A program made the position numbers and the translations under genes. From assembly GCA_014251975.1 (NCBI GenBank), contig CP059204.1, forward strand, positions 300,001 to 332,000: 32,000 nucleotides of DNA. Direction: 5' to 3'. Shown here one piece after another: positions 28,327 to 32,000 of the stretch. The notes below the pieces were generated by a model. The model was not told where the DNA came from. It did no database searches and was given only the letters and a program-made list of their open reading frames with translations. Numbering within the stretch: the stretch's first letter is position 1; each line of letters begins with the position of its first letter. The stretch is from Blattabacterium cuenoti (GTDB lineage Bacteria > Bacteroidota > Bacteroidia > Flavobacteriales > Blattabacteriaceae).

Positions 28327-28711
28327 AAATTTTTTTTTTTCTTTCTAAAAAAACAACAACACTGCTTGATTTTTTTCTTATTCTATGACCTCTACCTTGA
28401 GGGACTGCACGAATTCTTTTTATAGTTTTTTTTTGATTAACCCAAATATATTTAATAAAAAGTATATAATTATTTAAATTAACTTTATTGTATTTTTTTT
28501 TCCAATTTGATAACAAAGAAAGTAATAATTTTTTTAAAATCAAAGATTTTTTGATATTAGAATTATTTGATAAAATAGATAAAGCATTTTCTATTTCCTC
28601 ATTTCTTATCAAATCTACAATTAACTTCATCTTTCTTGTAGAACATCTAATATTGTTCAAAGATGCAGATGCAATATATTTTTCATTATTTTCATCATCA
28701 ATATTTATCAT
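28298..28711 (-). CDS. rplV: 50S ribosomal protein L22 (3' end overlaps the rpsC start by 29 nt)
   Basis: [32 protein letters not shown]...[23 protein letters not shown]. Confidence 0.93.
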   Translation of the reverse strand: MINIDDENNEKYIASASLNNIRCSTRKMKLIVDLIRNEEIENALSILSNNSNIKKSLILKKLLLSLLSNWKKKYNKVNLNNYILFIKYIWVNQKKTIKRIRAVPQGRGHRIRKKSSSVVVFLERKKKIYGTKNKSYN

Positions 28712-28713
28712 AA

Positions 28714-28995
28714 TTATTTAACTTTTATTTTATTTTTAGACCCAGAATGATTTCTAAAAATTCTAGTAGGTGAAAATTCACCCAATTTTCTTCCAATCAT
28801 ATTTTCTGTTATATATACGTTAATAAATTGTTTACCATTATGTACAGCAAAAGTTTGTCCTACAAAATCTGGTAAAATAGTAGATGGTCTTGACCAAGTT
28901 TTAATAATTACTTTTTTATTAGATTTTATATTTTTTAAAACTTTTTTATATAGTTTATGAGAGACATATGGTCCTTTTTTTAAAGATCTTGGCAT
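28714..28995 (-). CDS. rpsS: 30S ribosomal protein S19. Start is the ATG at 28995; the longer 29142 ORF in the track overlaps rplB and is rejected.
   Basis: [19 protein letters not shown]...[46 protein letters not shown]. Confidence 0.96.
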   Translation of the reverse strand: MPRSLKKGPYVSHKLYKKVLKNIKSNKKVIIKTWSRPSTILPDFVGQTFAVHNGKQFINVYITENMIGRKLGEFSPTRIFRNHSGSKNKIKVK

Positions 28996-28999
28996 AAAG

Positions 29000-29827
29000 T
29001 TATTTTTTTCTTCTTTTAATAATATATTTATTAGAATATTTATTTTTAGATCTTGTTCTAAAACCTTTAGATGGATATCCTTTTCTATTTCTAGGTATAC
29101 CACCAGAAGCCTTACCTTCACCACCTCCCATAGGATGATCAACTGGATTCATAGCTACTCCTCTTGTTCTAGGTTTTTTACCAATATGTCTTTTTTTCCC
29201 TGCTTTTCCATAAGTCTCTGATTGATGGTCTATATTAGAAACTATACCTATTGTAGCCATACAACTAGTGATTATTAATCTTATTTCTCCAGAAGGAAAT
29301 TTAATTGTAGCATATTTAGAATCTTTTGCAAATAATTGTGCAAAAGATCCAGCACTCCTAGCAATTTTAGCACCTTGACCTGGATTTATTTCTATGCAAG
29401 AAATATTAGTTCCCAATGGAATTTTACTTAAAAAAGTAGCATTTCCTATATTGAAAGGGACATCTGAACCGGAAATTATTCTCTGTCCAATTTTAAATCC
29501 ATTAATTGTTATAATATATTTTTTTTCTCCATCTGTATAATGTAATAAAGAAATAAAAGAAGATCTATTAGGATCATATTCTATAGATTTAATAATAGCA
29601 GGAACGTTAAATTTATTTCTTTTAAAATCAATTATTCTATATTTTTTTTTATGTCCTCCTCCAAAATTTCTTATTGTTCTTTTTCCATAAGAATTTCTTC
29701 CTCCAGTTTTACATATTCCCTTTGTTAACACTTTTTCAAATTTATTATTAGTTAACTCATTAAATATATTAACAGTTCTAAACCTTTGTCCCGGTGTTGT
29801 AGGTTTTAATTTTTTTATTATTGACAT
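29000..29827 (-). CDS. rplB: 50S ribosomal protein L2
   Basis: [13 protein letters not shown]...; ...[20 protein letters not shown]... Confidence 0.97.
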   Translation of the reverse strand: MSIIKKLKPTTPGQRFRTVNIFNELTNNKFEKVLTKGICKTGGRNSYGKRTIRNFGGGHKKKYRIIDFKRNKFNVPAIIKSIEYDPNRSSFISLLHYTDGEKKYIITINGFKIGQRIISGSDVPFNIGNATFLSKIPLGTNISCIEINPGQGAKIARSAGSFAQLFAKDSKYATIKFPSGEIRLIITSCMATIGIVSNIDHQSETYGKAGKKRHIGKKPRTRGVAMNPVDHPMGGGEGKASGGIPRNRKGYPSKGFRTRSKNKYSNKYIIKRRKK

Positions 29828-30215
29828 TTAAATTTTGTTTATTATCATTTTTATTAAAATGTTTATTATTATTGTTATTTACAATTAAATTTTGTTTATT
29901 ATTATTGTTATTTACAATTAAATTTTGTTTATTTTTTATAATATTAATTTTTTTATTATCTTTAAATTGTATTATAGCTTTTTTTATTCGTTTACTTCTA
30001 CCTCTATTTATTGATAAAATTTTTTTAGAAGATTTATACTTATTTTTTTTTGGATAAATTATAGTTTTAACTGATTTTACTTCAACTCCAAAAATATTAT
30101 AAATTTCTTGTTTAATTTGATGTTTATTATATTTATTAGATAAAAGAAAAGTATAAAAATTATTTTTTTCTATATCTAATGATTTTTTAGTAAAAAAAGG
30201 TCTAATTATAATCAT
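29778..30215 (-). CDS. rplW: 50S ribosomal protein L23 with an Asn-rich, repeat-containing C-terminal extension of about 50 aa that overlaps the rplB start by 50 nt
   Basis: L23 core ...FTKKSLDIEKNNFYTFLLSNKYNKHQIKQEIYNIFGVEVKSVKT...KKAIIQFKDN. It is followed by [39 protein letters not shown].... Confidence 0.88.
   Translation of the reverse strand: MIIIRPFFTKKSLDIEKNNFYTFLLSNKYNKHQIKQEIYNIFGVEVKSVKTIIYPKKNKYKSSKKILSINRGRSKRIKKAIIQFKDNKKINIIKNKQNLIVNNNNNKQNLIVNNNNNKHFNKNDNKQNLNVNNKKIKTYNTGTKV
29864..29929 (-). repeat. Two perfect in-frame 33-bp tandem units in the 3' extension of rplW, with a partial related copy at 29828-29844
   Basis: tattattattgttatttacaattaaattttgtt occurs at 29864-29896 and again at 29897-29929. 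I checked this base by base. Confidence 0.9.
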
Positions 30216-30234
30216 TATTACTTTAACTTTAATT

Positions 30235-30894
30235 TTATTTTATTAAATTATTTATATTTAATTTTTCTAATTTTATTAAATTACTTATTTTATTTATAGA
30301 ACTCTCAAATAAAACAATATATGAATAATTTAACAACAGAAAACAATTTAACTCATCTACATTAAGAAGTTTATATGTATTTAAATTTTTAAATGATAAA
30401 TATAAATTATTATCATTTTTCCCTGTAATTAATAATAATTTTTTATTATTTAATTTTATTGATTTAACTAATTCAATAGCTGATTTTGTTTTAGGTACTT
30501 TTAATTTTAAATCTTCAACAATTATTATATTATTATTAATTAATTTATATTCAATTAAAAATTTTTTTACTTTATTTTTTATAGATTTATTAACTTTTAT
30601 ATGATATTTTCTGGGCTTTGGCCCGAATACTCTACCACCTCCTTTAAATATGGGACTACTTGCACTACCCTTCCTAGCATTTCCAGTACCTTTTTGTTTA
30701 TGTAATTTTTTAGTACTACAAATTATTTCTCCACGTACTTTAGTTTTATGAGTACCTTGTCTTTGAGCTAATAAATATCTTTTAATTTCTAAATGTAATA
30801 AATGATTACAAGATTTTTTAGTAAAAAAATTATAATCAAATTTTATTATTTTTTTTGTTAATATTCCATTAACATTTAATATTCTTAATTCCAT
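30235..30894 (-). CDS. rplD: 50S ribosomal protein L4
   Basis: ...[52 protein letters not shown]. Confidence 0.95.
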   Translation of the reverse strand: MELRILNVNGILTKKIIKFDYNFFTKKSCNHLLHLEIKRYLLAQRQGTHKTKVRGEIICSTKKLHKQKGTGNARKGSASSPIFKGGGRVFGPKPRKYHIKVNKSIKNKVKKFLIEYKLINNNIIIVEDLKLKVPKTKSAIELVKSIKLNNKKLLLITGKNDNNLYLSFKNLNTYKLLNVDELNCFLLLNYSYIVLFESSINKISNLIKLEKLNINNLIK

Positions 30895-31520
30895 ATTTTT
30901 TTATTAATTATTAAATATGAATTTTTATTTCCTGGGACAGATCCTTTTAAAATTAATAATTTTTGTTCTATATCAATAGATAATATTTTTAAGTTTTTAA
31001 TTGTAACATTTTTTCCTCCCATTCTACCTGCCATTTTTTTACCTTTAAATACTCTAGAGGGACTAGATCCAGCACCAATAGAACCTGGTGCTCTTAAACG
31101 GTTATGTTGTCCATGTGATCGTTCTCCTACTCCTGAAAAATTATGTCTTTTTACAACACCTTGAAATCCCTTACCTTTAGATATACCTTTTACATGTACT
31201 AATTCACCAACTTTAAAAAAATTTACATTTATTGATTTTCCTATTTTAAAAAAATTATTTTTAGCATTATACTTAAATTCTATAAGTTTTTTTTTAGGTT
31301 TAACACCATATTTTTTAAAATGTCCAATAATAGATCTATTAATTTTTTTACTTTTATTATCATCAACACCTAATTGAATAGAATCATATCCATCCTTTTT
31401 TTTAGTTTTTATTTGAATTACATAACAAGTATTTATCTTAACAATAGTACAAGCAGTGTATTCACCATTGTTTATATAAATATTTGTCATACCTATATTT
31501 TTACCTATTAAACCTTTCAT
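30885..31520 (-). CDS. rplC: 50S ribosomal protein L3
   Basis: [12 protein letters not shown]...[19 protein letters not shown]....[33 protein letters not shown]. Confidence 0.97.
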   Translation of the reverse strand: MKGLIGKNIGMTNIYINNGEYTACTIVKINTCYVIQIKTKKKDGYDSIQLGVDDNKSKKINRSIIGHFKKYGVKPKKKLIEFKYNAKNNFFKIGKSINVNFFKVGELVHVKGISKGKGFQGVVKRHNFSGVGERSHGQHNRLRAPGSIGAGSSPSRVFKGKKMAGRMGGKNVTIKNLKILSIDIEQKLLILKGSVPGNKNSYLIINKKIWN

Positions 31521-31521
31521 A

Positions 31522-31827
31522 TTATACTTTTATTTCAGCTTCTACCCCACTAGGTAATTCTAATTTCATCAACGCATCAACAGTTTTAGATGAAGCGTTA
31601 TGTATTTGTAACAATCTTTTATGAGTAGGAAGATAAAATTGTTCTCTTGATTTTTTATTAACATGAGGGGAACGTAATACTGTAAATATTTTTTTTTCAG
31701 TAGGCAATGGGACAGGTCCATTTAAAATAACACCTGTTGGTATTACTGAATTAACAATTTTTTTAGCAGATTTATCTAATAAATTATAATCATAAGATTT
31801 TAACTTAATTTTAATATCATGACCCAT
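31522..31827 (-). CDS. rpsJ: 30S ribosomal protein S10
   Basis: [21 protein letters not shown]......[28 protein letters not shown]....HKRLLQI. Confidence 0.97.
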   Translation of the reverse strand: MGHDIKIKLKSYDYNLLDKSAKKIVNSVIPTGVILNGPVPLPTEKKIFTVLRSPHVNKKSREQFYLPTHKRLLQIHNASSKTVDALMKLELPSGVEAEIKV

Positions 31828-31831
31828 ATTA

Positions 31832-32000
31832 TTATTTTTTAATAATTTTATTTTCTACAGATTGAGGTACAACTTCATAATGAGAAAATTCCATTACAGA
31901 CGTACCTCTACCAGATGATAATGTACGCAAAACTGTTACGTAGCCAAACATTTCAGATAATGGGACTATTGCTTGAATAATTTTAATATTTTTTTTATCA
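31832..32000 (-). CDS. fusA: Elongation factor G, 3' end only; the rest lies outside the window
   Basis: Hand translation of the minus strand ends ...[31 protein letters not shown] with TAA at 31832-31834. This is the conserved EF-G C-terminus, and the Bacteroidetes fusA-rpsJ adjacency is present. Confidence 0.88.
   Translation of the reverse strand, partial: DKKNIKIIQAIVPLSEMFGYVTVLRTLSSGRGTSVMEFSHYEVVPQSVENKIIKK

Noticed and set aside
28996-29142. N-terminal extensions offered by the ORF track: rpsS to 29142, rplR to 22136, rplO to 21297, cysE to 7770
   Set aside because: The extensions overlap the upstream gene, have no similarity to the respective families, and each contains an internal ATG that reproduces the canonical N-terminus ([10 protein letters not shown]..., MKQYNRK..., MDNNKS.../L15 core, MQFF.../MVDLDF...).
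1-32000. Alternative genetic code (UGA=Trp), as seen in some tiny symbiont genomes
   Set aside because: All conserved genes are full-length under the standard code. Trp positions I inspected use TGG (for example 10917-10919 and 24064-24066), and I noticed no conserved gene interrupted by an in-frame TGA.

Overview
This window is extremely AT-rich (roughly 20-25% G+C by eye, not computed) and almost free of intergenic space, with many 4-10 nt gene overlaps. That architecture is typical of a reduced Flavobacteriales insect endosymbiont. Gene content and order look most like Blattabacterium, but that organism call is inference from memory, not a search.

Left to right the window holds: the 3' part of RNase R, coaD, and a class-A penicillin-binding protein. 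A cysteine cluster follows (cysE-cysK-cysJ, minus strand), then icd. Next is a menaquinone cluster (menB-menA-MBL hydrolase-menC-menE, minus strand), an NhaD/ArsB-type permease, and eno. The minus strand then carries the contiguous alpha, spc and S10 ribosomal-protein operons, running from the fusA 3' end and rpsJ at the right edge to rplQ.

The most unusual feature is a near-perfect 2,001-bp tandem duplication inside the spc operon (22059-24059 and 24060-26060). It gives two identical copies of rplE-rpsN-rpsH-rplF, plus a 3' rplX fragment and a 12-codon rplR stub at the junction.

Other points worth a second look:
- In-frame tandem-repeat C-terminal extensions on L24 (36-bp units) and L23 (33-bp units).
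- A menC reading frame whose conserved N-terminus has no ATG/GTG/TTG start.
- An MBL-fold hydrolase embedded in the men cluster.
- An Asp-to-His change in the first Asp-rich motif of MenA.
- Apparent absence of rpmD (L30).

I recognised no tRNA, rRNA, CRISPR array, transposase, phage gene or defence gene. I do not see a novel multi-gene system; the anomalies here are structural. All product calls rest on motif and synteny recognition by eye, with no database search.
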